From contig NC_042997.1 in NCBI RefSeq assembly GCF_006345805.1, positions 37,944,001 to 38,008,000 on the forward strand: a DNA stretch of 64,000 nt, in the 5' to 3' direction. The stretch comes from Octopus sinensis. Its lineage: Eukaryota. The position numbers and the translations under genes are program-made. Below the pieces are notes generated by a model. That model searched no databases, had not been told where the DNA came from, and saw only the letters and a program-made list of their open reading frames with translations. Below, in pieces: positions 26,945 to 40,104 of the stretch (positions are counted from its first letter, which is position 1; each line of letters starts with the position of its first letter).

Positions 26945-29900
26945 TCATAGAATCATAGTCAAGGTGGCTTCGTCATTCATACGTGCCATCCTTGCTACAT
27001 TCACCCATCTTTTTTTAAAACATTCACTAGACAAAACTTGCCTCTCTACTCTCACTTTTTTCTTCAAGTGATACTTGAAGATGTTGATGAGAGATTGACC
27101 AGAGAGGAAAGTGTTTGTCTCTAATCCTTTCAGACGCGTCCACCAGATACATTCTTTCGCCATAGCCACAAGTATGATAAAAATAGCTCTTCCTTCCCGT
27201 TTGAAGGAAGGAGGCGTGACGATATTAACGATAGACTCGGCTGATAAACCGACACGTCCCACACGTGACAGCAGTCGTTCGACATAAGCCCACAGGTGGG
27301 AAATTGCTGGACACTGCACGATTGCGTGCAGAGCGGTTTCGTCGCTCTGCCCGCATCTCGGGCAGGTCGGCCCCGTGTTTCTCGAGCCATGCCTATAGAG
27401 CTTATCCCGAACGGGTAGCGCTTCTCGGTAGCACCGCCAGGCCAGGGATCTCTGGAAGTTGTCCATAGGTCCCTGGCCGAAAGTCGTTTGAAACAGGCGG
27501 GTCAGGTATTCCTCGTCGACGCCCAGGTTTGCCCCGAGCTCGTCGTCGTACCTCCCCCCACTAATCCCCTATAGAATGCTTTGGTTGTGTTGAAGTCACT
27601 CAAGGTCGACCCGGGACGGCAGAGTTGCTTGAGAGCAACGCGACACTCGCGGTGCCATTCGCCCTTCTTCGGCCTCTTTTTGATCCACGACTGTAGTTCG
27701 GTCATGGAGACGAGTTGCGGGAATGCGTGCCTCACAAACGGCGACCACACCTGTTCACCGTCGTCTACATAGAGCCGGAGATGTCGCAGTCTCAGCGCGT
27801 GTCTGCGCATCATCAACCACGGCATGCCCAGCCCTCCTTTTAACGGGTGTTGACAGCAAATGGATCGCCTGACCATCGGGACGCATCCTTTCCACAAGAA
27901 GCGGAAGAGGATGCGTTCTAGTTTGGTGATGGTAGGGTCGGGACAAGGTACGACGGTCAGGCGGTAGTAGATGATGGACGCGATGTACGCGTTCACCACC
28001 TCCGCCCGACCTTTTAGGGACAGTTTCCTCTCGGCCCATTGCTGGGCGAGAGTGACCACCCTACTCGTTATCTCGTTCCAGTTCTTCACCATTTGGAGGT
28101 CCGGACCGAACCAGACCCCGAGCAACTCAACCGGGCCGTCTGTCCAGCGTCCCACGACGGAGGTACTGGTGGACGGCATGGGCTTGCTTCTCCAGGTGCC
28201 GAGCCGCAAGCCCACTGACTTTTCCCGGTTGATTTTTGCTCCTGTCACCGCTTCGTAGTCTTTCAGTGTCTCGCCGACCCGCTCGATGTGCTCGTGGCTT
28301 GACACTATGACGGTGACGTCGTCCGCGTATGCAGACACGCTCGTCCCGCATCCTAATTCTCGCGGGATGCCCCTCAGAGTCGCCAGCTTTCGCAGTAGTG
28401 GCTCAAGAGTCAATACGTATAGAAGCGCCGAGAGGGGACATCCCTGACGGACCGAACGTGCAATGTCGAAGGGTCTCGATAGATATCCATTTACGCGAAT
28501 TACCGAACGGATGCCTCTGTACAAGGCAGCTATCCAGCCGCGGAAGACGGGACCGAAACCAGCCGCTCTCAGGACTGCCTCCAAGTATCGATGGTCTACC
28601 CTATCAAAGGCTTTCGATTGATCCAAGTTGATCAGGGCCCCACCCATGCCAGGTTCGTTAACTACCCTGTCTATGATGTAGCGCATCAGATGGAGGTTGT
28701 CATGGATGCTCCGGCCCGGCACGGCGCACGTTTGTGCGTTGTCGACCAGTTTCTCCATGACAAGCGCCAACCTCTTGGCTAACACCTTTGTCAAAATTTT
28801 CAGGTCTGCATTGAGCAGAGTGATTGGCCTAAAGTTATCTATAATGTTTCCCTTGTTTGGATCTTTCTTCAGCAGAGTTACAGCTCCTCGACTCACAAAA
28901 CCGGGTATGCTCCCGTTTTGCTGCCAGTTGCAGTATACCGCTGCCAAGACGTCTCCAAACAAGTCTGGCATACAATAGTAAAATTCGTAGGGTAGACCAT
29001 CCAAACCCGGTGATTTGTCCCTCGAGCATTCTGCCATCGCTTCCCGCACTTCCGCCGCCGTGATGGCACCTTCGCAGCACCCTGCCTTTCTTGTCGAGAG
29101 TCGTGGCAGGCTATGTAGGTAGGCACTGAAGTCTACCCTACGTTCTTGCCCTCCACTCGTCCCGAACAGTCGGGCAAAATGCTGCTGAAAGGCCTAACAC
29201 ATTTTACTTGGCTCGAGCAATTCGCGCCCCTGTTCATCTACCAGTGACCGAATGGTGGATTTGTTGCCCTGTTGCGCCTCTGCCACCCGGGCCTCTCTCG
29301 CGGCTCCAACACCTTCGTTCCTTAGAGCACGCATCCTAGCTCTGACAGCACATCCTTCGTGTTTGGCGTTGAAGTGTTGGTCGAGGGCCAACCTCGGCGC
29401 CAAAACGTCGGATGCGATGCCGCTTCTAATTGCCTCTTCTAGCTTCTTAACTAGCTCACCCTCTACTCTATTTCTATCTAATCGCTTCTGTTTTTACTGC
29501 TCTCTTGAGGGCAAACCACCATTTGTTGTTGATGATGGCTCCCGTCAAAGCCCTCTTTACTAGTGTGCTAATCCGGTCTCTGAAAACTTGTCTGGACGGG
29601 AATGATGCGTTCAGTTTCCAGTACCCAGGACCCTGTCTATGTGCCTTATCTAAGTCTAGCGTACACGTCACCAATTTGTGATCCGTGTAGCTGACTGTGT
29701 GGAATTGTGGACATCCTAAGTTATACTTGTCTACTGTCCTACACAATATCCTATCTAGATACGATCTCGACGACCCACTGCGGTTGCTCCATGTCCACGT
29801 TGGTGCATTTGGGTGGTCGAGTCGGTACCTGTCAGACAGTTGGAATCGTCTGAGCAGGTCTCTGAGGCATTTGCATCCCCTTCTGTTTCTGTCTCTACCC

Positions 29901-30359
29901 ACGTAGTCTACATGCGTGTCCAAGGTAGCATTCCAATCCCCCACTAAGAGTAAAGGACGAGACGTTCCCAAGAATACTTCTAGACGTCGAAAGAAATCCG
30001 CCCGACCTGTTAAGGGCGGTGCGTAGACTGATACGAGTCGAAAAGCGCACCCATTGCCGCCGTCAACACGTCCAGAACGATCAGTCTACCCTCGGGTCTA
30101 CGAATATCGTCTTGACTTCGAGATCCAGGCTCTTGTGAAAAAGTACCGCGGTGCCACTACCGCCCATCCTCGGCAGACAGGGAGCGAAATAAATGTTAAA
30201 CTGTCCGCCAAACATGGACTTTAGGGCCCGTGGCTCGTGGAGTCTGGTCTCACTTATGGCTATGATTCCCAAATCATGTGACTTGATGTCATTTAGGAGG
30301 TATCCTTGTTTCCAAGGAGACCCCAAGCCACGCGCATTCACACAACCAATCTTGACCAT
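26945..30359 (-). pseudogene. ORF2: AP endonuclease, reverse transcriptase and C-terminal zinc finger, disrupted in this assembly
   Basis: APE: CVNARGL, IAISETRL, LVGDWNA, SYLDRILC, YTDHKLV. RT: KSPGLDGLPYEFY, FRPITLLNADLKILTK, LDQSKAFDRVDH, VRQGCPLS, AYADDVT, LLGVWF. C-term: CPRCGQSDETALHAIVQC. Frameshifts near 30095, 30065, 29478 and 27555; in-frame stop at 29194. Confidence 0.95.
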
Positions 30360-30409
30360 GATTCTATTGGGGTGTGTGCTTTAAAACACACAAATGAAAG
30401 TACAGAGAG

Positions 30410-32514
30410 TTACTTACTTGTGTCGAAAGTTTTGGCTTCCTCGTTCTTTGATGTGTCTTCGAGGAGGTTTCTATATAGTTTTTGGGACAGATATTTCTGG
30501 AAACCCCCTACAGCATTTGGGAAGAGGGCTTTGAGTTTGTGGTGTTGTGTTTGTGTGATGTGTAGTATTTTGATGTGTTTGGGTGGTGTAGTGCGTGGAT
30601 GATTGCTATTTTTAAAGTCATCTTCACAAATGTTTGTGTATCCTGTGATGTACTCCATTAGTTGGGAGTCTTTTGTGTCTATCGCTGATAGCATTGTTTT
30701 TGTGGTGTTGGTGCTTGTTTTGTTGTGTATGGAGTTTTCAGGGTTCAGGTATCTCCCTGCTTTGGTTGCGATTTCTTGTTTGGTTTTTCTTGATCTTTTT
30801 CTTTTACCCCCTGTGGCTATTTGCCATTCTGTCGAACTTTCATCGTTAGATGAAAAGTCTGACGAATCAGCAGGGGGCAAGGGTAAAGCGTCTGGGTGTG
30901 TTTGTGCGGTTGTAGATATTGTTGTGGTGCGCAGGGAGGGTGTTGCTGGGGGGTTTGTTGTAGTTATTGTCTCTCCTACATCCTTGGTGCTTGTCTTCTT
31001 CGTTGTTATTCTTGGTGTTGGAATTGGTTTATTTGTTGTTGGTGGTGATGATTCTGTTCTTGGCGCTGGTGTTGGTGTTGTTTGGTTGGGTTGGCTTGTT
31101 CTTTGTTGTTTTTCCTGCATTTCCGCATACAGCTTCTTGACTAGCTGTCCATATTGTGGTGTGGGCAATAATCCTGGCTTTTGTGATTTTTCTGTGGCTG
31201 TTGTTGTTGTTGTAATTTTGCGGCAGATTTGCACTCCTTTTTGAGGTGTGCCTCACTGCCACATGTATAGCATCGTGGCCTTCTGCCCTCGACTACTACG
31301 TATAACTTGCGGCCATCCTCAAGATGTACGTGGGTGGGGATTTTATTTATGTCCTCTTGACTTATGTGGAAGAGGAACTCTATTCTCTTTCCCAGCCAGT
31401 CCTTGTTTTCCGAAACACCGATATCTAGGATGTTTAAGTCCTCCATTTCGGATGTTAAGGCGGATGTAATCCACAGTGTTGTAGTCACTTGGGGGACACC
31501 ACTGATAATGACTTTCGTCACCTTCTGGCCGAGGTAACTCGGTGTCAACGTTAGTTCATCAGAATGAAGGGTTATCGTTGAGAATTTCTTCGCCAACTCT
31601 TCATTCTGAAAAACCACCTGTACGTGTGCGAACTTGTTCGCCCAAGTCACACAATCCTTGTATCCCCAGATGGGGCGTAAGCACTTTTCGACTTTGTCTG
31701 TGCTTGCCTTTTCTGGACTTTTTGTTTTTTTATTTGTGATTTTATATACAATTGTCTTTTTTTTTTCCTCATTCAGTATGTGCTGAGGTATGTGTAAGAG
31801 TATTTTTCCGTTTTGATTTGTAATAAGGTTTCTGCAATCTTTAATCTGTTGTGTAGTAAACGAAACTTTTGTTACCTTTTCTTTTATCGCCTCGGCGAAG
31901 TTTGTTGTTGTTTTGTTATTGTTGTTACTGCCGGTGGTGTTGGTGTTGATGGCAGGGGTGTGGGTTGTAGGTTTGTGGTTGCTGATTATGCAACTAGCAA
32001 GGGGTGGAAAATTGCCTGCGTAATTTAGTCCTGCATTAGCGCAAATTTCGGCATTTCGTTTGCTTGTCGTCGTTATTTTTTCACTTGTTGGTGATGGAGT
32101 GAGCAGTGGTTGAAGGGAAATGTTGTTGTCGTCGTCGTTGTTGTTGTTGTTGTTGTTATTGTCGTTCTTGGTGACGGCGGTGGTGTTAGTAGTATTAGTA
32201 GCATTGACGGCACGGTCTTTGGTGGCGGTGATGGTGATGTTTGTATTGTTATTGGTGGCGACGTCTTTAGTAGGGATAGCAGTTTTAGTAGCAGATTCTG
32301 CCATGGTGTTGTTGTCGGTGTTGGTGGTGGTGGTGGACTCACTGATGGTGTTGACGGTGCTTGGCCTTGCGACCTTTGTTTTGTATTTGTTGCTGTTGTC
32401 GATGTTGATGGTGGCGGAGTTGTCAGGGTCAGCGTAAGGTAACAGAGCATCCTGTTTTTCTGCCTCTGCGTCACGCTTGACTTGCACCTCAGCCTCGTGG
32501 TGACCAGTGGCCAT
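30410..32514 (-). pseudogene. ORF1: nucleic-acid-binding/chaperone protein with a CCHC knuckle, split by one frameshift (~31185)
   Basis: ATG at 32514; Thr/Asn-rich N-terminus; RRM-like region (VQVVFQN..KVIISGVP); CYTCGSEAHLKKEC (CX2CX4HX4C); continues in the 30410-31234 frame. Confidence 0.85.
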
Positions 32515-32728
32515 TTTGGAAATAAAATGGCTAAATGAAACCACGAAGGCTATGAGAATTTTTTCTTTTAAATTTTGCCCACAAGGGGCAAAATTTTGTG
32601 TAGATATTAATCAAGGTTTGCAGTGGATGTTGTTGCACAACTTTTAAACACAAAATATTTCACAATAAACAATTTTCAACGTACAAAATGACCAACTTAC
32701 GTGGAGCCCATTTGACTAGCGTCCGTCC

Positions 32729-32754
32729 AGATAGATAGATAGATAGATAGATAG

Positions 32755-32850
<96 letters not shown>
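32729..32850. repeat. (GATA)n at the 5' junction of the Tx1 element
   Basis: Direct reading. Confidence 0.97.
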
Positions 32851-33419
32851 CCGTCATGTGTATGTATGGAAATGACATGGGCACTAGATTTACTATTTTT
32901 TATTAGATTTTATCTTTAACCCAAATTTATAAGACGGTTTCCAATTCAGGAAAGTAATTTTGTACAGAGTAACAATCAGAGGCTAATGGGAAATATGGTT
33001 AATTACCTTTGATACTATTGCTCACGAAAATTTTACTTTAGATACATCGAAAAACAAATAGTGGAAATAATCCTACTTCATATATGTAATTTTATATTTC
33101 TTCAAAGATTATCCATATATTCTTCATTACGCGCACATATACAAGACATATGTACACGCGCTCCACACTTGCACACACTTATACATACATGAGGAAGGCC
33201 CCTGTTAGGGGCTTTGGAGCTTTAAGTAGCACGGAATTCGAATAAAACTCTTTATGTATATGTTTATATATATATATATATATATATATTACGGATATTT
33301 GTCGATTCTGTTGTTTGATGATTCTGGAATTGTGGTTTATATAAACAAATTGTTTGCTTGTTTCAGTGGGACGTAAACATTCCTGATGAAAAATATTAAG
33401 TTCCGAAAATCGATTAAAG

Positions 33420-33480
<61 letters not shown>

Positions 33481-34927
33481 CGTAGGGGCTTTCAGTAAAG
33501 TTCCCGATTTCGCAGACGTGATTACAATTTACTTTGCATGGACGCACTTGATATTTTAAGAAGTAAATTTCGATAAAGTATAAAAAGTATAAATCGATTG
33601 AGTTGCTAATTCGTTGACCTCACCCGGTTGACAAACCGTTTTTGAGGATTCCGTTTTTGTCACTTATGTATTGCACTATACTATAGTGTAAGATTGCATA
33701 TGTGTTTCTTTCAATAGCGCATAATTTCTTACCTCTACTATCATCTTCCTATTTTTATCCAATATAATGATCTTAACCACTCTCTAGAACTCTAATTATA
33801 TATCAATTATTTATTAATTACTCATTAATTATACGGATATTTATTCATTTAATTATTGCCCGGTTCTTAACTGACGTATCATTTCCCATTACAAAGTTAC
33901 ATTTCCCTATTTCACTATTTTATAGTTCCGTTTAATGAAAGATTATTTTTATCGTTATTATTCACTATTTATATTATTTTATGCTATGTTATTTTAGTAC
34001 TGAATCATGATATTTGGGCTTTCATTTCTCTTGCCGTTCTCCATATAAAGCAAAATTAATCAATCCCTTTAATTTTACGTCTTTATATCTTTCAATAATT
34101 TTCTATCTTTCTATTATTCATGATCATCTTCAATTTATCTATCTCAGCTTTCAAATTTCCTTAACCTTTCTCATGTTATCTAACACATATTGAGGTTAAT
34201 CCTGATGTAGTCACGTTTACTACTGAGTTTTGTAGATGCCATTGTGTTTACTACTACCCAAATTGAAATACCATCGTCTTTACTTTAAAAAGAACTAGCT
34301 ACATTATATGTTCCTTGTCTCACCTAACGTTTTATGTCTGACATCCGATTTCATTTATGAAGTAGTCCTTCCTTTGGTCAATTATTCAAGTACCTTTCTA
34401 TAGGCTTCTCCGTATAATAAATTACACACAGCAACATCTTAAGTCATTCCCATACATTGTATTTAGAAAGATATTCATGATAACGCAAAAGTATTGTATC
34501 TTTTGGAAGGTCGTAATGGGATAACAAAACTGTAGCATTTAATATCTAATGAAATTACATAATCATCGTTTGTTTTATTTTCTACTCTAGGCACAAGGCC
34601 CGAATTATTGTTTATAATGGTTCCAGCATATATGTTTTATATAATCCATTATCTACAATCGAGGACGGGTAATAAATTTGATACCAATGCTGTCATATAC
34701 GTATTCACTATATATATATATATATATATATAAACATTATCGATATAGGGTGAAAGATAATTAATCACCTAGTAGTTTTTTTGCGATGTGTGAGTTACAT
34801 TGTTGTCTGTGGGGACATATTTTAGTAGAAAAAGGAAATAGTAGTATTTTGGCTGCTATTTCTAAAATTTTCGGTATGTGGTCAAGCAAAGTGTTCCAAA
34901 ACCCTTATTGTCATAATTATATATATA

Positions 34928-34928
34928 T

Positions 34929-35019
<91 letters not shown>

Positions 35020-35020
35020 T
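34928..35020. repeat. (GATA)n without an insertion
   Basis: Direct reading. Confidence 0.95.
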
Positions 35021-35074
35021 ACACACAGACGGACGTACACACACATACGCACGCACACACACATGTATATAGGT

Positions 35075-35641
35075 ATAAATATAAGGACAAGCAAAGTAGG
35101 TAAGTTGATATAACAAAAATATTAAATACATTTAATAGAAAAATGTAGATATGTGTACATTAAGGAAGTCTGACATACGCAGAATAGCGACGGTATCAGG
35201 AATTAATGGGATCAAGTAAGAGTTTTACGAGTCCAACACCTGTTTCTGGGAGCTTGATGGTCCAAAGTAATGATTGTAACTTATTTTCCATCATTAGATA
35301 ACACCAGGTTCTCTCTTCAGGTGTTGAGAGCTCTCCACAAAATCATTCCATCTTTAAACTCCATTATGTCAACACCTCAAATGTTAACTCTTTCCTGAAG
35401 ATGTAGGTTGATGATCCAATGATGGAATCAAGTTACGATCATCATTATTTGGGACCACCAAGCCCCAAAAAACAAGTGTTGGACTAGTAAAACTCTTACT
35501 GAACACTTTTAATTCCTGATATCATCACTACTCTGTGGAAGTCAGACTTTCTTATATGTATACATATGTACATATTTCATATTAAATGCATTTAATATTT
35601 TTTGTATATCGACTTACCTAACTTGCTTGTCCTTACATTTA
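35075..35641. mobile_element. Fold-back element (MITE-like or PLE-like), ~245-bp imperfect arms
   Basis: 35075-35320 is the reverse complement of 35405-35641 (e.g. aagtaagagttttacgagtccaacac / gtgttggactagtaaaactcttact). Confidence 0.7.
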
Positions 35642-35748
35642 CTCCTCTACCTCCTCAAAACTCTTGAGCACTACGAGGTGTATTCTATACAGAGAATGCC
35701 TGTCTCTAATCTATAAACAATATGCATTTATATATATATATATTATAT

Positions 35749-35836
<88 letters not shown>

Positions 35837-35842
35837 CTATAT

Positions 35843-35875
<33 letters not shown>

Positions 35876-37163
35876 AATAAATATACATATATATAACTCC
35901 CCTTATATACATTTATGCACCTACATATATACTAGTACAAACACATACATATACTCACAGTCACACACACATATACGAGATGCATGCAACTATATGCAAC
36001 CGCAATTATATGCAACATAATGAGTGGGAGGAAATGAGTGGGAGAAAAACAAAGAGAGAGTGAGAGAGTGCATTAGAGGAGGGAATAATGAGTACAAAGA
36101 GGGCTAGAACAAAAACTAGATGATATAGTTAAGCATCAATATCTTTGTATGCTCGTACATTTCTATGCTTTAACATCCTCCCAAGTTTATGTTTGTTCAG
36201 GGTGTCTGTGAGTCTGAAGTATATATCGTATTTTATTTGATCGATTATTTTACGAACAATACTGATTATGTTATGTTCATATCCCCTTGAGAAATTTGTA
36301 ATAAAAAAATACTTACACTATGTCACAGAACTCAAAGCAGTCAGTGGGATATATTCTTGCAAACATAGAATCATGTATTCAGATAATGTGCATATTCATC
36401 AAAGTACTTTTCATATCAATATTATATTTACATTAATGTTTCAAAAATCTTCAAACAATTGGCGTCCACATTTGAGTGATTTTTATTTTGATCGATTTAT
36501 TTTTCTGTTGGAAATACTCCTATTGATGTTTTCGGTTTAGCGTTTCCCTTTTGCAAGGAAATTGTAAACATATTTTTGCTATTGATAAAGAATTTCTATG
36601 TAAATTTTATATTTTCATTTCTGAAGTAACAATATTTGCTCGACTCTATGCGATATATTAAATTTTCCATTATATTGATATTATACTAGAGACGATATCA
36701 TCAATGAACAATGCAGAAGACTGAAAATAAATGATGAAGCACAATAGTACATCGCCACCTGCATTATTACCCATATAGAAATCTCTAAAAAGCTTTTAAT
36801 AGTAATATTTAAATCTCAAATATATATTCCATAATATAAATCTTACGCCAAATGTTTAGTAAATATACCAAACAAGTTGTCTCACTGTATGCTAGAATCC
36901 GCTGAAATTAGCTCAGGAAATTCAATAAATTGAAAAGTTGCTTGGAAATTTTTCTCTCCGTATTTATTGAAAGCAGAAAAAAAGAATTGAATTTTCTTCA
37001 AAATTTACCAATATGATAGTCAACAGAAACAATGCAATGTGAAATTTATGCATTCATGTAATATCCTGTAAAATATTATAGATATCAAAGTAAAACATTA
37101 GTATTATGTAAGAAAATATTGCGGATATAGAGAAAAATAGAAAAAACTATACGTTTATATATA

Positions 37164-37194
<31 letters not shown>

Positions 37195-37400
37195 TGATAA
37201 AAATGGTAAGACAACAAAAGAATGAGAGACCTCGATATTATGTAAATAGAGGAATTTATCTGTAAATGTAATATGTGACAAGTATTCGGTAGCCATGATA
37301 AAACCCCAAGCTCCGGATGTCGAGGTGGAAATCCATGCCGCCATCTCTTCAGTTATCCGGCCATCGGAAAAATGCCATGAAAAATTATCGTTATACAAAG
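37195..37400 (-). mobile_element. Penelope-like terminal fragment homologous to 13036-13140, ending at (TA)n, with a degenerate hammerhead motif (37296-37358)
   Basis: GGATAA-CTGAAGA-GATG..CATC-c-GGAG-CTTGGG-GTT-TTATCA followed by tggc.acc..ttgtcacatatt, as in the 13036 copy. Confidence 0.6.
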
Positions 37401-40104
37401 AGAAATTTCTGTGTGATTGACTATTATTAAGACAAAAGAACTGTTTGAATGACCGCTAAGTGAGGGGAGGGAGCAAAAGTAAGGGGGTAAAAAAGTTCAT
37501 AGTATTCGCGTAAGTGCGCATGTTAATACCTACTCATGCGCGCCCGTACACTCACGTGCATGCGCCTAAAAGTATACATTCATCCACCATCACTTGAAAA
37601 CGTACACATCCTCAACTGCACCATTCGCTAAATGTATATGTATATACATACAAACCCACACACACGCACACATAAAGTTTCATACACACCTCTATACGCA
37701 CAAGCCCAAGAAAAAACAGGTATAAGGGTAACAATACAGAAAAAAGGTATAAAGGAGTATATAAGGTCAAAATATTTTTTTAAATTATATCAATACCTTA
37801 GCATGGAGTACCGAAAAGGTTATGACATCCCGGATTGAAGGATCGTGCAATGCATTTTGAAATGCTTAAAGGCAACAGATATATTTGAGAAAGAATATAT
37901 GTTTGTAACAGAATTTTTTTTTTTTACTTTATATTCTATGGATATTTTGGAAGTAACAGAAATATTTTTATATCAATGCTAGGATACTTGAAAATGTATG
38001 TGGTTATATTTTAGAAAATAAAATAAATATTTTTCTTGGCCGTGGGACTACGAAATTCGACATCGGTATGCATTACATTCGGCAAATATCTTACATATTA
38101 GAATCAAATTGACGAAGAAATGTGGAATAAAGCCATCATGTAAGCAGTGTATTTTTATTGATAGACTTCAACTTACATTTTTTCAGTTATGGTGAGTTGC
38201 ATACATTTAATTATGTTCAGTACATTTGAACAATTATCGAGATCATGCGTTTCAATCCCTATTTATAATATATATCAATATGTAATTTATAAGATCGAGG
38301 CAATCTAAGTGTAGGAAGTTTGTAAGCTTCGAGCAGTCCGTGGTGTGTATAAAAAAACAACATTCAGGAGCACTAATAATCTGTCGTTGAGGCTTGTAGG
38401 CTTTTCCCATATTGAAGTTTGATAAGCTTAATAAAAATAATTACGTAGTCCACGGTTAGCAAATTAAATTGCTATGAAAGCGGAGGGAGTTCGACGTTGC
38501 TGCCCTCTTTCAAGCTTTATGCTGTGATGCAGGTTCATTTGGGACTTTCAACAGCAGGAAATGAAGTTGTATAATGTGTGTGTGTATTTGTGTGAGTGTG
38601 AGTGTGTGTGTGTGTGTGTGACAGATCTCTCACAGTTTTCATTAACCATATTTACTCACAAAGTACTGGTGGATCAGAAGTTAATAATGACACTTTCCCA
38701 ATGTACTAAACATTGGCACTAAACCAAAAACACATTCTTGCAAAAAGTGCTTCTTAACCAGGCAGCCATGCATTTAACATATATATATGTGTGTGTGAGT
38801 GTGTGTGTGTATGTGCGTGTGTGTGTGTGTATGTTTGTGTGTGTATGTATGTATGCATGTATGTATATGTGCCTGTGCGTGCCTGCGCGCGTTTGTGTTT
38901 AAATGCATCATTTATATATGTATTTTAAAATTGGTTTCATTATGCATTGAATAGTATCATTAGTTTTATATCTCTTCTGAAATTTTTATTTCATATTTGT
39001 AAATTTATTTTTTAGATTTTAGCATTTATTGTAATAAATTTGCGTATACAATTTTATACTAGGTTATCTATTATTTTTATTTGATTGACGTAATGATCTA
39101 TCCCATGCAATTCCGTTGTACAATACTTGAGGCAACAGACGTTTTTAATACATTTAATACATAGATTACCTATACTTTGCAACTTATCTGAATCTATATT
39201 GAAGCGTTTTAATACCTTTCAGCATTTTATAGGACTTCGTTTAGTTCTTTAAATACATAATTCATGTCTAACAAAACTGAAGCAAGTCATCATTAAAATC
39301 ATTATATAAAACGTGTAAATTACCGTTGTGTTGTCCATAGAAATTGTTCTGGTTGTTTCGTTTATCACAATTGAATCTGTAAGAATTTTATACACGAAAA
39401 TATTTCTTGAAATAATTGTAATCACTATATGTAATAGTTAGTGTTTCTATGTAATCGAAACTTGATTGCATCATTTGTAAGAAAGCGAGTATCTGAAACA
39501 ATTTTAATACCACAAACTTCAATTTTTAAATGTGTATAGGCAAAAGCTCCATGATTACTGAAAAAGTAATATTTGACGTATAATGTGCTGAATTGTTAAC
39601 ATTTATGCAAGAAATCTATCTGTACACTAACATACTTGACTGATGTAGATATTTAACTAGCGAATGTTTATGTTATGAAATGAAGTAATTCTAGTTCCAA
39701 TGATTCTAAATGGTAGGATCGTTCACTCGTAAATCAATAAATCTAATATAGAACTAATACAATTCTTAAATTTCCGAATAAAGAAGGTTGTTAGACGTTA
39801 TGTTGGATTAAGAAAATTATGTAAAATATAGTGAATATTTTGATAATAGACTGAACACAGCGTGAAAACTTCCCTATCGTAAATATCTGATTGTGATCAG
39901 AGATATAATTTTACAGACTCTTCTGATTATGTACGTAAAGTTAATAATACAAATTACTCCCTTTATATCCTCTTTAAATGTCGTTCTTTGATTACTTACC
40001 CATAGAAGAAGTACTAAGATTCTTCAAAGCTCACTAATAATGATCAGAAAAATTGTTAAATTAGTAGATAAATAGCCCTCTGGTATCGCGTAATATTTTC
40101 CATT

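Larger units (their letters stand above)
26562..32728 (-). mobile_element. Near-full-length L1/Tx1-clade non-LTR retrotransposon (~6.2 kb)
   Basis: 5' UTR, ORF1 (CCHC), ORF2 (APE-RT-zinc finger) and pyrimidine-rich 3' UTR ending AATAAAGAAACA|TATC; (TATC)n on both sides. Confidence 0.95.

Noticed and set aside
30603-32474. Val/Gly-rich plus-strand ORFs (30603-31244, 32110-32442, 32120-32437) and others overlapping the Tx1 element
   Set aside because: Antisense or alternative-frame shadows of the low-complexity ORF1 and GC-rich ORF2
33375-33420. CTGATGA...GAAA hammerhead-like string
   Set aside because: No stem I or stem II pairing
33560-34560. Possible LTR-retrotransposon remnant
   Set aside because: No convincing protein motif or paired LTR could be read
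38470-38520. Degenerate hammerhead-like string on the minus strand
   Set aside because: Core has extra or missing bases and there is no valid NUH triplet
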